64,000 nt of DNA from Phoronis australis (taxonomy: Eukaryota > Animalia > Phoronida): assembly GCA_002633005.1 (NCBI GenBank), contig NMRA01000476.1, positions 102,911-166,910 on the forward strand, written 5' to 3'. The translations under genes and the position numbers were made by a program. The notes below the pieces were generated by a model. It was given only the letters and a program-made list of their open reading frames with translations. It made no database searches and was not told the DNA's origin. Every line of letters begins with the position of its first letter. The stretch's first letter is position 1. Of the stretch, positions 11,001 to 23,853 are shown one piece after another.

Positions 11001-14000
11001 AGATGCCTATAGAACATATCCGAACGAGCACTCCTAAAAGAACGCTCGTAGGCACACAGGGACAATGGAAGGACTATGGTTTTATTTTATAGAATCGTCC
11101 GCTATGTGAAAACGAAAAGGGAATGAGTTTGTCTTCAAAATGTTTTTCTTTTCTGTTAACGACAATTCAGACTGTAGTTTACATCAGGTTCTCATTTTAA
11201 ACATTTTCCGTTAACCAACTCAAAGCTGTAGGCCCAAAAACAAAGAAATTCAATACAGAGTTACAACAAAAGCAGGGATGGCATAGTAATCAGTTTAAAC
11301 TGTTGCAGAATCGGAAGCAACAACAATTCAAAGCAGAAGTGATAATAATGATGGTTGCGTACGAAAAAATCGAATTGCTCACGTATTTTAAGATGATAAC
11401 CATTAGAGTCGCTGTCAATAACGTCAAAGCAGTGTCCCGGAGGCTTATCTTCAGGCATCGTCGCTCTGAATATAACGATATATGTGGGAATTTGTGTCAG
11501 TGTTCCCGGATCCGTGTAGTTGAGAATAAAGGTCTGAAGATGTGGGACGGAAACATGTTGCGATTAAAAACGGTTGTTTTTTTATTAAAATTCATTTTGT
11601 ATCATGTTGGCAGAGTTAGGAAATCATTCCACAGTATACAGTTAAATTTGGATTCATGAATACGCAAACTGGCAATCCCAAGCTTACCTACGGCTTTTGT
11701 TTTCAAGGGCTTGGTTTCCGTGCTGTTTTATTCACCGTATTATTTCTTCAGATAAATGTCATCACCTGATCGTAATTTTGACGTGTCCAATTCATTCACG
11801 ACCGATGAAATAAATCAAATATAGCTCATCATGTATGACATTAAATTCTACTTTCAATACACGGATTTCCAACCTTGTTTACTGACTAGAATCGCGACGA
11901 CTTTTTCTGAGCGGTTTTCTGCACGATTTTCTGGGAGATTTTCGTTCACACCAAAAGCGGTAAGCCCTGCGGAAAAACAAAGAGGTTGCCCTTTGCCGCC
12001 CTTGCAAAAAGTTATTATCATAATCAGTATTTTAATAGAAAAAAATTATAGATTTCTGGAACTCATGATGTTAACCCAAAGTTCACAAGTAATTTCTATT
12101 ATCACCATCCATTCCTGTTACACGAACTGTACAAAATTGACGGTTGCCTTTCGTTACAGGGAAAACGATAACATTTAGGCCTTGATGCGTAAAGCAAAAG
12201 AGGTCTAAAAATCAAGTCTCGTTCCACTAATTCGCTAACTACATTTTGAAGTAGTTTCTGGTTTATGAAATGCTTGCGTCCCTGTCGTCCCAAGCCCCCT
12301 TTGAGCAGACAGCCTTTGAATTTCAATGCCGAGATGATTAGCATCAAACAGCTTATTATTTAAAATGACTTATTCTTATTAAAATGACATAGGCAAAAAA
12401 TTAAATTTCAAGCCTCAAACGCGAGCCCTCCTATTAATATAGGAGGGCCCGCCGAAAGGTGGCTAATGAGCGGGTTCCTATATTAATATAGAGGTCCCCG
12501 CACTTCGACCCCCCTTCGGCGAGACCTTCTATATTAATATAGGGGGCCTCGCTTTTGAGGTCCGAAATGCAATTTTTTGCCTATGTCATTTTAATAAGAA
12601 TAAGTCATTTTAAATAATAAGCTGTTATCAGTGCCAGATTACCTGTCAAACCGTCAAATCATGAGACCCTGGGACGCGGAGGGGGGGGGAGGGGTCTCGA
12701 AAATATGGCGGCCAGCTAGCTTTATGAAGACTAGCCTTGCTTCAAATATACAACTGTCCACTGATGTGGATTAAAAATCTAAATGAAGTCTGAAATAAAA
12801 TTGGTGTCACTAAAAATAAACTGAGTGGTGGTAAAAATTGTTCAACAGCTCTTTGGACGCCAGATACTAATGTTGCAGCCATAGACAGCATAATGTGATT
12901 TCTATGGTTGCAGCCTTTTCCTCAAGACTCAAGATAACGACAATCGACTTAGCCCGATGAGCTATATAAACACTTTAACAAAAGTTTGTAAATTTGTGTT
13001 CGCTCGCTCGTGTGTTTATTATTTTTAGTTTAACGAAACCATATTGCATACCAATGAAAAGCTCAGCCATTCCCCTTTCCAACGATATCACATTTCACCG
13101 ATAAATGTTTATAGTGTTTAGTAATTTTGCGGCGCCAAAGAGAGCTTAGTATCAAAGTGAATATTTCAAATTCAGTTGGTGCTAAATATGTGTTCAAGCT
13201 TGAACATTCAGCTTTTTCAGTAGTATTTACATTATTGGTTCCATGATAATAAAAACTTATGACAGCTTAGCAACATTTTATTTATTGAACAACTGATGTC
13301 CACCACGAACTCAATACTGTCACAGATAATGAGACCACTTTCAAAATTTCGAACAAGACTGAAACAAATAAAGTTTGAGGCATTATGAACTAGACACGTA
13401 ATCGATTTGAATTAGGTGTAGAGCGTTAACATGAATTTTCATAGCAAATTTCAAAAATGTAATTGTAAGAAAGTTTCGGATGGTGTAGCAGGTTATGACT
13501 TGACCAGAAAGTTTCGTTTTATCTGTGTGTACATTGTCATTATGTAATTATTTGAGTTGAATGTTATCAAATAAATTAATTAGATATAAAGTTACACTGC
13601 TTAAGAAAACAAGTCTCCCAAAAGCGTGAAAAAGCAATTTCTTAGTAAAACTGAAGAGTCAAGGATGCTGCAAATACCGGAAGATTCTTAATTTTGAAAT
13701 ATTATCGATAAAGCATTGTCTTTTTAAGTTATAATTTTCTGATGAATTAAAAATGGTTGTGCACATTTTAGTATGGAAAGTTCAGCAGGAAAACTTCTGT
13801 TGTGTCATCACACGTTTGTGGCATGACTTTAAATGGCCGCAAACTCAGTCTCCAGGGACTGTATACTTTTATGACCAAGTTGAAAAGACTATTACCAGGA
13901 AGACATTCTTTCAGAAATTAGCAGGAAGACATCACCACAATCTAATGTCTTCCTGCTATTCGCCACTCACATTGTGCGCTATTATCCTGGTAATGAAAAC

Positions 14001-16472
14001 GGATGTCTTGTTTCATAATAAATCACTTTAAGTTATCTTAACACCACCAGCTTTTAATGTTTTGAAAATCGTTTTATCGAAGCACAACACAATGTTTTGC
14101 AATTGTCAGATCTTGATTTACTTGTCTCAAAGAATAAAACTAAAATTAGAGCCAGTTGTAGAACGTGCTAAACTACAGCGCCTTCATTCACGTCGAAGTA
14201 GGGGTTTGTTTTCACTAGGTGGCGAATTAGTGGAAGAGACTGTCATGCTACAACTCACGCACGAACACCTAATTTTACCAGGAGAGCCTGCTAGCAAGGA
14301 TCAGATTGGTCTTTGACATCCCGCAGAGATGTCCGTTAGATCTTTTTAAAAACTCGCCCAAAAAGCAAGCAGCTCGACCAAAAAAGCCACGCTGTTTGCC
14401 GCTATTGGAATAACCCCCCTCTTTCAAATGAATATTAAGCAATCTAAAGCTTGTTGCTGCAGCGGGACTTGCTGAAAAATAACGATTTTTACGCCTTCCA
14501 ATGCGAACTGAGTAATCTTTACTTTGGACCTTCGAGTGGCGCTTTCTGGCTCGCTGGTTCCCTGCGTGTCTGCTAGGAGGGGGACAAAGCGCCGCCTACA
14601 CTGAAAAGTGGGTAGCACTATGGAAGAACATAACTTTCAATCATTGTGCATTCTTTCACAGTTCTTCGAAAGATAGCACTGTAGAATGTTGTTTAACATG
14701 GCTTCTCATTGGTTAAAGTAATGAAGCCGACGTCATAACATTCAGTCATTCCCATTGGCTGAAATCTGGGAAAGCCCTTTCAGTTTACTGTTACGTAGTA
14801 TGGCGATCACATTTGACCTGAATCAGTTGCAATTTATTAAAACGGACAGAGGTCGAAGTAAACAAAATCAACTTGAGGGAACCCCGATCCAATGGCTTAA
14901 GACCAAACAAGTACAGCGCATAAAGATGAGTGTAAGTGGTGGCGATGTGATCGTTATACTTTTGACCAAGCCATGCGCACTGATACCCACACACGGAATT
15001 TCGTGTGTCGTTCATCATGTTTCCACAGGGCCACTTTTCTTTATAGATGGCACTGTGTCAGAGGGTAATAACATGGGGACTTCCCTTCCCCTAGCGGACA
15101 CGCAGGAAGCTAGCGAGCGAGTGACGCAGCAGCGTACTAAAATTTTAACTTGTTTTCCCGGATATAGATCACAATAGAAGGAAATGTGTTTACCAGTTTC
15201 ATAGAACTCTAGACACATCAATTCTACAATTCTATACCAATTCTAAACTTAACATTTATAAACAGCAACTTGACAAAAACAGATCTTACTTTCAAACCGT
15301 CAACCAAAATTGAGAAAATAGCCACAATTTTATCGAAAAAGCACAGCCGTTCGACGTTCTCGACCGGGGACTCGACGAGCTGACTTCACATGTGATCCGA
15401 GGCCTAACTAAGACTGAAAATTTCACCTATGACCTGAGTGTCGTCTTCGCACCCATCTCCATGATTGTCTTCATCATACTTTTCAAGCTCGCTATCTAAG
15501 TCTTCGTAATTTACAAAATCACTACTATCCGCCATTGCATATATACTGCCAAATGACCAACGTCTACCACTGATGACATTACGTAGAGGGAAACCAAAAA
15601 CTCATTAATTTTTCTTTAAAATTCGAATTTCTTCAATTATTTCCCAAAATAAGTGCTTGTTTAGCTTTAACCATGGATAAAAAAGCACTGGGGGCGCTTA
15701 AATGAGAAACACACTGCACTTAGTTGCCAAAGACAGAAAAACTGTTTAACCACTTTAGCTCATAAAATCTGTCTCATAATAGTTATTACCACGATCAGAC
15801 TTGATTTCCGTTACCAAAAAGAACAACAAAATCATGACCGATTCAACAAAAAGGTTTTCAGTTTTCTGGACAAGGCCAAGCTAAAATCGCACATTCCAAA
15901 ATGGGGGCAACAATTCAGAATAGGACGTATTTAACTCTCAAAGCGCATTGGTTAAAAATTTAAACATTGGCAAGAAGATAGCGGCTAAATGTCCTTTAAG
16001 CAAAACATTTTTTTTCGGATACAGGCCCTTACGGGGATATACACTACGTCCAACAACAGAAATATCAATTTGGGATTTGAGAATAATCCAACTCGCATAT
16101 CTCATTGCACTTACCTGAGGTTGTGGTGGAAGTTGTTGTCGTGGTAGCTATCGAGGTGTTCAATGATGCTAGATGTCTTATGCACTGCACGTACTTTGTT
16201 CTAACAAATTCGAGCAGTTTCCTTGACACCTTTATATCGGCTTCCAAATCGACAGACACATCGACAGATCGACGCGCAATGAGCCTCGAAAGCCGAGTCC
16301 TTGGTCTGGCATAAGGAAAGCATTCAGTCAATAAGAAATCATCGAAAGCTTTGATTTGTACTTGTAACTTCTGAAGCTCATGCTGCTTTTTTAGGAAGTC
16401 AACATGGGTTAGGTCAGGTGCAGTGTAAGCTAAGGCCCACATGCATGTTGACACAACGAAAATAGACAACAT
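8032..16472 (-). CDS. Secreted protein with signal peptide, helical pro-region with dibasic site, Thr/Pro stalk and one UMOD/GP2/OIT3-like D8C domain (~255 aa)
   Basis: Exons 16472-16115 (MLSIFVVSTCMWALAYT...ARRS...TTTTTSTTTS, donor GTAAGT, phase 1), 10835-10794 (ATTTTTPPPPNSCT, phase 1-1), 8762-8626 (SYTSLTDDWRHV..CD..GWYRFEGAAGTRM) and 8262-8032 (CGTHA..GTHP..VC..C..VKC..YYVYKL..PSCSYAYCGIN*). All junctions are GT-AG and in frame. The D8C call is strong; linking exon 1 is inferred from phase and Thr-rich continuity. Confidence 0.75.
9564..10526. mobile_element. Non-autonomous Kolobok-like DNA transposon with THAP remnant, in an intron of the D8C gene
   Basis: TTAA on both sides (9560-9563, 10527-10530). 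Imperfect TIRs ACAGTACACACCATG / CATGTTGTGTACACT and inner inverted repeat GACGTCATGGGTTGAAC (~9723, ~10383). The minus strand has a frameshifted THAP domain (..GGCSN..W.DFVRRTR..LCFAHFED). The plus strand has an acidic ORF start MAESSEFESDDD followed by YFEP in another frame, like the Kolobok accessory ORF. Confidence 0.8.
12347..12626. mobile_element. 280 bp MITE with 56 bp perfect TIRs and 4 bp TSD (ATCA)
   Basis: AACAGCTTATTATTTAAAATGACTTATTCTTATTAAAATGACATAGGCAAAAAATT is inverted at both ends, with ATCA at 12343-12346 and 12627-12630. Three internal (C)TAT(A)TTAATATAG palindromes. Confidence 0.9.
14545..15701 (-). mobile_element. Diverged Kolobok-like remnant with internal inverted repeat
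   Basis: Minus-strand MADSSDFVNYEDLDSELEKYDEDNHGDGCEDD from 15535 resembles the acidic ORF at 9768. TTAA at 15698-15701 is at a similar distance. Inverted repeat ~14549-14590 / ~15076-15119. Boundaries are uncertain. Confidence 0.45.
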
Positions 16473-16592
16473 TGCTATCAAATTGAAATCAAAACTGAGT
16501 AGTTCACGATTTTCGTAAGCTCTATCAAACTGGACTTCACCAGAAAGTGTGTTGTTTTGGGGATCAGACCACTATACATTTCATCGTTTCGG

Positions 16593-16602
16593 TTTTTATA
16601 TA
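16593..16602 (-). promoter_or_regulatory. Putative TATA box of the D8C-domain gene
   Basis: TATATAAAAA on the minus strand ~120 bp upstream of the ATG at 16472, with CCAAT at ~16673. Confidence 0.5.
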
Positions 16603-17799
16603 CGCGATGACAGATGTTCCTCAGCTCGTGCAGATAAAGCATAGCTTCCCGGTTCATTCCAAGTTACTGCGCCCAATCACACATTATTTGTCACGCTGCA
16701 CCGATTTGAAAGTTAAGTGTCGTTCCACGAGAGCAACAAAAGGTCGACTGTAGGGTCACCGACTTGGATCTTTAAAAAAATTTTTGTTTGTCAATCCATC
16801 TTGGTAAGATGTAGTATTCAAAACATTTATTTAAGATATTTGGAGGAATTATATTTGAACAACAGGATCGCTAATACTTTGACTCTAGACTGACCCATTT
16901 TTGTTTCGGTTAGGTTTAGGAGCTAAAATAGATTTTAATCGGTATAGCACAAAGGTAATAAAAAATTATACATTGTGTAAGTAGACACAGAACTTCTCTG
17001 TTAAAAAAGTTTTTACTATACTTCGAAAAGAAGCAGCCGTAACCGTTGGCAGAGAGCCAAATATCCGTAGATTTGACCAATTTTTGTACTCTGTGCTAGG
17101 TGATTTCAAAAAATATTCTGGGTCTATTAACAACTAGTTAATGCAAATGCCCACTACTCCGAAACCAACACTTTTTCGGAAAAAGCTTACTCTAAATATT
17201 CCCCAAAACCCGTTCGTTACCCATACTGTCAGATGCCGCTCTTTCTTTGACTTTTCATTCTTGTCTTTGTTGTTTTGATAAATAATGTTTAATATGTGTC
17301 GCTTTTATTTACGCTCCTCACAAATATTCAAGACTATACGCAAAGACTTCAGAGTAGTGTCTCTTTGCAGTACGTTACTGAAATGGAAAATGTTAAGTGT
17401 TCATGCTAACAGTTCAAGATTTTGTAAAACATCTTTAATAGCAGCTGATATCGTGGTCGCTTTAATGTTCTGTAATTGGACAACTCTTTATGAATTTTGC
17501 GAAACTCGTTTATCCACCGCAATCAAAGGAATAATTGCTATTCTTGCTAATATGCATTATATTCGTCATAAATTAGAGAGAAAACTTCCCCAAATCTCTC
17601 ACGTAACTTTGAATTACCCGGTTTCCCGTTCTGTATGTCATGGCTGAGATTCTTGTAACTGTATGAATCCTGCACTCCCGGCTTTGCACGGAGACGTATC
17701 AGTTGCGCATAACTCTGATTCTGTTTGGCTGTGGCCCCTAAATGGTATTCCCTGTCGTGCAAGAAACTATAGTATTATATATGAACGCCCCATCCCCCG

Positions 17800-18250
17800 C
17801 TTATTGTTTATTTTATTGTGATATTTAAAGTGATGGTGGCCTCTTCAGTGATAGCACTGCTTTCCAAGAGGGGCATCAACAAGAAAAACAGTAATATAAT
17901 ACAATAAAGTAATAAAAAACAATTAAATATACGTAACAAAGATACAATTAAAACAAGTTGAGAATTAAGGCAATAAATAAATGACAAAGAATGGTGAAAA
18001 TTTAACAGATGAAATAAATAAAGAGATGACTCTAAAGAGTGAGAGTATTTACGACAATGAAAAAATGACATGATTATGACAGGTAGGGTATAAAAAGGTT
18101 AGGTATATTACAGCCACTTTTTAATATTAAGTTTGAAAGTAGTAATTGGATCGGACCGTTTAATTTCTGGGCTCATTGATTTCCCATTAAATCTAGATTC
18201 TCATTCTTCCCTTGTGTATATATCTCGCTTAGACTGAGACAAGAGACACT
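17800..18250 (-). mobile_element. Degenerate CR1/L2-like LINE 3' end
   Basis: Minus strand reads SMSPEIKRSDPITTFKLNIKKWL* (like WN.LP.EIK....FK..LK.WL), then a T-rich UTR, a stem-loop-like CCCTCTTGGAAAGCAGTGCTATCACTGAAGAGG and an AATAAA tail. Confidence 0.5.
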
Positions 18251-19816
18251 TTTTGTGCAACGCTGGATGATCCGTCAGTTAAACCAAAAGTTGAAAAAAT
18301 GGTTTATACATAGTGTGAAGAGCGTTCACATGTAAAGCAATGAACACTCTCACTCGTTCACATTGTGTCAAGAATCCCTTCATCGAAAAGGAGACCCTAT
18401 CTTACTACCGATCTGACTTAACTAGTGGCGAATACTGCTGTGTTTGTACTAATGGTTGTTTGAGTTAACAGACATCCGCCATTTTGCTTATTTCATAGTG
18501 AAATACACAATGTTACAATGTCCAGTAAAGTCTGAGATACACAAGTACATATAGCGGTGCTTGTATCTTTCACCATGCTGTTGATCAATAGTGCAGTACC
18601 GGACTACAAAGCGACACTCGAATCTCGCTGTATCAGTTACCTGTGATACCCTAAACACCCGTCAGGCGCATTTACTGCCTCGGTTTAGTGCCCTTGGAGT
18701 TTTACATGTTATTTAATTGTTGTTGTCTTATTCTCTACAGGTTTTTCTCGGTTGCATTACACTATTCGCCCTTCCAATGGCATAGAAGTATTACTACTGT
18801 GCGTTGGATTGCAACTCCGGCGTGATACCTAAAACTGGACAAATACCCGTGGATGCATGTATGATGTGAAGTTCTTTGCCTTCCCGACATAAATGAGAGA
18901 CACGAAAATGTGCCTGATTTCCAAAACGACGTCACGTGCTTTCTTATCTCCTGGGCAAAGGAGAGTTCTATCCCGTGTAATCTGGGACGGCCTTGTGGTG
19001 GCACTTAACAGTTAGGCTGCGGCCTAGGAGTAGGCCAGGCTTGGGGACATCTTTTAGTTAAGTACTGTATGTAGGCCAAGTGAATGTGATTTGTTTGTAT
19101 TTGAGAACATACTGACAATAAAAGAAGGACACTTTCTCAGCTGTAGCTGCACTCTTCTTCAAGATGGTGGACACCTAGTGTTTGCTGTGTAGCACTTGGC
19201 CGCGATTTTGGTAGCCCTCAAACAAGCCAGATTTGAAAAAAAAACTAGTTGGTTGACAGTACTTTTGGACCACATTTTTGGAATCCGTATTAGTTCGCTT
19301 CCGGAATCTAATGTTGGCTTTAGTCGAGCATCGGCAGGGAAGTGGTGGTTTTGGGGTGAAAAGTGCCGATTTTGCAATTTTTGGCCTTTATTTTTCTTAG
19401 TCTAGATTTCAGTGGGAGTGAAAGGGTAAAGAATACAAGAGAGAATAAAGTTTTTGTGCTCATCTGTAGGGCTTGTGATGTGAAATGACTCAAAACTTTT
19501 CTTTATTTTTTTGCAGTTTTTGAAAGAGTGGAGAAAGAGTGAAGAGTCCATTGACGTGTGTTCTGACAGGCAAACCCCTGCGAGAACTGTTCTGTGCCTC
19601 CTATTGCCATGCTGTAAATCATTCTCAATCGTTCCAAATTCATTGGTGTGACATCTATAGGGAATTACACAAGTGCGAGCTCCTTGTTCGGATAATTTTT
19701 GACACTGAATGCTAAGTTCTGTCTATGTTTGGAGTATAAATATCCCCCTATTTCTGCCCAAAAATTTCAAGTACCCTCTGGTCATGACCCTGAATCCGCA
19801 GCTGAAAATTACTTTT

Positions 19817-21140
19817 TTACTTGATGCCGCAATAGGCTGAGTAGCATCCAGGTGCCTTAGGCAGTTCGTACACGTAGTTACCTTGACTGCAGTTGATGAC
19901 TTTTATAACTATTGATGTGTAGCACAAATTCCGCAAACTATCGCCGACGTAATGACGTTAATTTGAGTGGTACGTGTTCCGTTGATGTACATTTTTACGC
20001 TAGTTCCACAACTCAAACTTTTGTCAGCGTCCTGCAGGGAATACCAAAGCAAACAAATGTGGCGAGCAATAATTTATCAATAGATTAAATTAAATGTCAT
20101 GTTTGTTTTTTAAAATAAACATATCATTTAAAAGAATAAACTGTTTGTATACTTCACGTATTTCTATTTTATGCACAACACCTAATTTATATTTTAGATA
20201 AGTTGTCAGACGGCGGTACTTTTAAGAGCAATAACGTTCCTTGGGTTGTGCAATCGCGGCCTAATAAAATTTTGTAAAAGTTTCGGAATATTCTTTAATT
20301 GGACTAAAGTAGCCGAGCTCCTCAAAACTGGCTAACAGCAGAAAGTGACATGTAGTCTGCGGAAGAAGTGAGATGCAAATATTTTCTGGAGTTCCGTTAG
20401 CAGATAGAGCCGTGATATTGAATTGTGGTCACGGCAGAATAGAACCCTTCGAGACGCTAACGGATCAACATTGCGTTGAATATCAAAGTATTGAAACATT
20501 GACGTATTCGCCCACTGTTCCATCTACATGTAAAGACCATTGATGTTTTTATGGCTTTTGGGTTTGTGCTTCAGTGGTATCTAGAATTTTGAAAGCAACC
20601 ATGTAACAAAAGCCTAGTAAATGAAAAAGAGCACAAAAACAAAGGGCCAATTGTTGAAGAGTTTCGCAGTTCCATTCACTGTACCCGCAATCAGCGACGA
20701 TGTATTTACTGTCAATCTCTGAATTTCTCGATGCCCATTGCTAACTGAATGCAAAGCTTTCAAGCTGCCTTTGCTAATTTGGATTTTTAAGCAAAAAATC
20801 TAACAGCACTGTGTATGCTGTTCGACGCCGCCACTTACCTGAACAGTTGTTTGGGGGAGCTGGGCTGTACTCGCAGAAACTGCAAGAGAAATCGCATTTT
20901 TATCGCTCAAACATCTCAGTCCTCATTTTGTAATCACCTCGCCATCAAAACGCAAAACAATAAATCTGTTATGGCTATAACTGAGTTATCTACCGTGTCA
21001 ATCTGATTCCGAAGTTAATTTTTAAATTAACATCGGGAAATTGTAATTGCTCTAAAATGTAAAGACAGCTATGCCGGCAATAATTAATGTGCCTATCGAA
21101 ATTTTCCGAAAAAGCGCTCCTTCGGGAGCACTCCTAGGCA
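19817..21140 (-). pseudogene. Decayed paralog of the D8C-domain gene
   Basis: Last exon 20031-19817 (DADKSLSCGTSVKMYINGT...VC, frameshift, NLCY...NCSQGNYVYELPKAPGCYSAYCGIK*). The small exon at ~20839-20879 is 41 nt instead of 42, which shifts the frame. The GWYRF exon was not found. Flanking intron sequence is homologous to 10535-11070. Confidence 0.8.
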
Positions 21141-21506
21141 TTCACAGACACTGTGGCAGCAGCGTACTCCTTTCATTCAGAAATGTCTCATCTGTGAAAG
21201 CCTATGAATTTCTTTTCAAAACCTTTCCAAATTAAGACAATTCACATTTTAAAAACTCTTTATTTTTTCGTTAAAACGTTTTCTTTTTGTTTTTAAGAAC
21301 AAAAATCGTTGAAAATCATCTTAATGAAAATTATTTAGCATTTAAATAGCAATATACTTTGTGCTTAGATTTATGTTGGCATGTGAAGTCTATATTCATT
21401 TGCTAGGAGATTTGACGTAAAGAAATTTAAATTTTTCAGCAATACAGCTGGAATTTTAAAAACACTTAACATGAACAGTTATAGCGATAGCGCAAAAATA
21501 CACAGA

Positions 21507-22382
21507 AGTCTGGAAGTTGAAACATAGGGTAAATATAATCTGAATTAAACACAAAAGGAATAGTCTGGAAGTTGAAACACTGGGTAAATATAATCTGAAT
21601 TAAACACAAGAGGAATAGTCTGGAAGTTGAAACACTGGGTAAATATAATCTGAATTAAACACAAGAGGAATAGTCTGGAAGTTGAAACACTGGGTAAATA
21701 TAATCTGAATTAAACACAAGAGGAATAGTCTGGAAGTTGAAACACTGGGTAAATATAATTTGAATTAAACACAAGAGGAATAGTCTGGAAGTTGAAACAC
21801 TGGGTAAATATAATTTGAATTAAACACAAGAGGAATAGTCTGGAAGTTGAAACACTGGGTAAATATAATTTGAATTAAACACAAGAGGAATAGTCTGGAA
21901 GTTGAAACACTGGGTAAATATAATTTGAATTAAACACAAGAGGAATAGTCTGGAAGTTGAAACACTGGGTAAATATAATTTGAATTAAACACAAGAGGAA
22001 TAGTCTGGAAGTTGAAACACTGGGTAAATATAATTTGAATTAAACACAAGAGGAATAGTCTGGAAGTTGAAACACTGGGTAAATATAATTTGAATTAAAC
22101 ACAAGAGGAATAGTCTGGAAGTTGAAACACTGGGTAAATATAATTTGAATTAAACACAAGAGGAATAGTCTGGAAGTTGAAACACTGGGTAAATATAATT
22201 TGAATTAAACACAAGAGGAATAGTCTGGAAGTTGAAACACTGGGTAAATATAATTTGAATTAAACACAAGAGGAATAGTCTGGAAGTTGAAACACTGGGT
22301 AAATATAATTTGAATTAAACACAAGAGGAATAGTCTGGAAGTTGAAACACTGGGTAAATATAATTTGAATTAAACACAAGAG
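21507..22382. repeat. 55 bp minisatellite, ~16 near-identical copies, truncated at N 22383
   Basis: Unit AGTCTGGAAGTTGAAACACTGGGTAAATATAAT(C/T)TGAATTAAACACAAGAGGAAT repeated head-to-tail with no spacers. Confidence 0.97.
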
Positions 22383-23853
22383 NGATCGGGACTAAGTCCA
22401 CAGGCGTTGTTTTATCAGTCATTTACCTTCATGGCTTTATTCACTTAACAACAGGGTCGTACATTTCGTGCAGATTAACAACACACATTGTCGACATCAG
22501 GTCGGGTCAGTAACACCTACCGTCACTGATCATGAGCACATCCACCGGCAAATAAATACCAACATGCGACTAAATTTTGAAAATTCAAAATACAAAATTT
22601 AATCAACATTATAGAAGCAGTAGATATCCACAAAATGCCGAGAAAACTCTCGAAGTTTTGCCACTCATGAACTGCTTGAATCAAGCTTGCATAGAGACAA
22701 CGGATTCCTGCCATAGTGATGCAAATATTTTCTTAGTCTACATTATGGCAGGTGCTGGACCGTTATCATGACACCTATAAACTACTTATTCACACAGACA
22801 GTTGTACAGTTCTATTTCCGTGTTAGCAAGAATATCGAAACGATAAGCGACTCAAAGAAAACGCTGCGGAACGGTTTATTGGGGATGGTCAACCCCTGAA
22901 ATAGTAAATTTCATAATAAGTACCCTTGTACACATTGGGTTGGTAACGGAAATAAGTCCTATCACGGTATTGTAAAGAACATTACGTAACTAAATTTATT
23001 GGAATAATGCCCAATTTGAATAGTAACAATATACGTCGCATTATCACGCCCCCCACGATGATACTGTTGAGCAACGCGCGTGACGTCGTGAAACAATAAT
23101 TTTTTTCATCGTACTGGTTTCGCCTATGTAACCCAGCCCTGATAATGTCGTGGACAAATGAAGACGGATTCCTAGGTATACATGCGCCTATTTCAATGAC
23201 TTAGCACTAGACTTGGCGAATCGTTAAAATCGTTTAGCTAACTGCTCTATCTCATTAAAACCTACGTTAAATGGATTTTATATGTGCCAAGTAGTCAGTG
23301 ACTTCTTGGAGAATTGTGTGACAAAAGTGACAAAATAATAACAGCCTAATTTGCCGATCCTTCCAAATATTATAAATCAAGGTAATTGGGTGAAATAGAA
23401 TATGAAACGGTTGTCTTGGCTACGGAAATCCTGTGTGTATCTAAAAATAGGTGTTTTGTGGAGTCTTGCCTAGTGGTAAACATGGTTTTGGGGTTACCTG
23501 ACCTTGTCATTTAAAACCATATGTTTGTGCAGACCTCTGGTATTAATAAGAAGCAAATAGGTTAAAGTAAGGTCGTGGGTTTGAAGTTGGTCCAGGAACG
23601 AGGGTTCGACCGCTGATCACTGAGTGGAAGGGCCCCAGTACCCAACAGGTGGCATTTGGTTTCTCTACTTGCTCGGATCAACGTTCCACACGTTTTACAA
23701 TGACCTGCTAATATATATTTTACTACCCTATAACTTTTACTAAGTTACATGAATATGCGGTTTGTGTAGTCATGATTCTAAGCGTTTACTCAAACTCCTG
23801 TACAGAACCCTCATTTTTGGTCCGCATTTTGTACAGTTGATGTTGGATGAAAG

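Noticed and set aside
10971-11060. Alternative signal-peptide exon for the D8C gene (VPTSVLLGVLVRICSIGILIIVCIGHVE)
   Set aside because: It has no ATG in this copy and its donor is phase 0, incompatible with the phase-1 next exon. The paralogous segment has an ATG but is interrupted. Not fully excluded as an ancestral exon.
11530-11560. Hammerhead-like CTGAAGA..GAAACATG
   Set aside because: Stem II is weak, there is no stem I pairing, and no PLE context.
18630-19165. Solo LTR (TG start, AATAAA near the end)
   Set aside because: No matching TSD, second LTR, clear PBS or internal domain could be identified.
21507-22382. Possible CRISPR array
   Set aside because: Units are contiguous and near-identical with no unique spacers, there are no cas genes, and the context is eukaryotic. 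It is a minisatellite.
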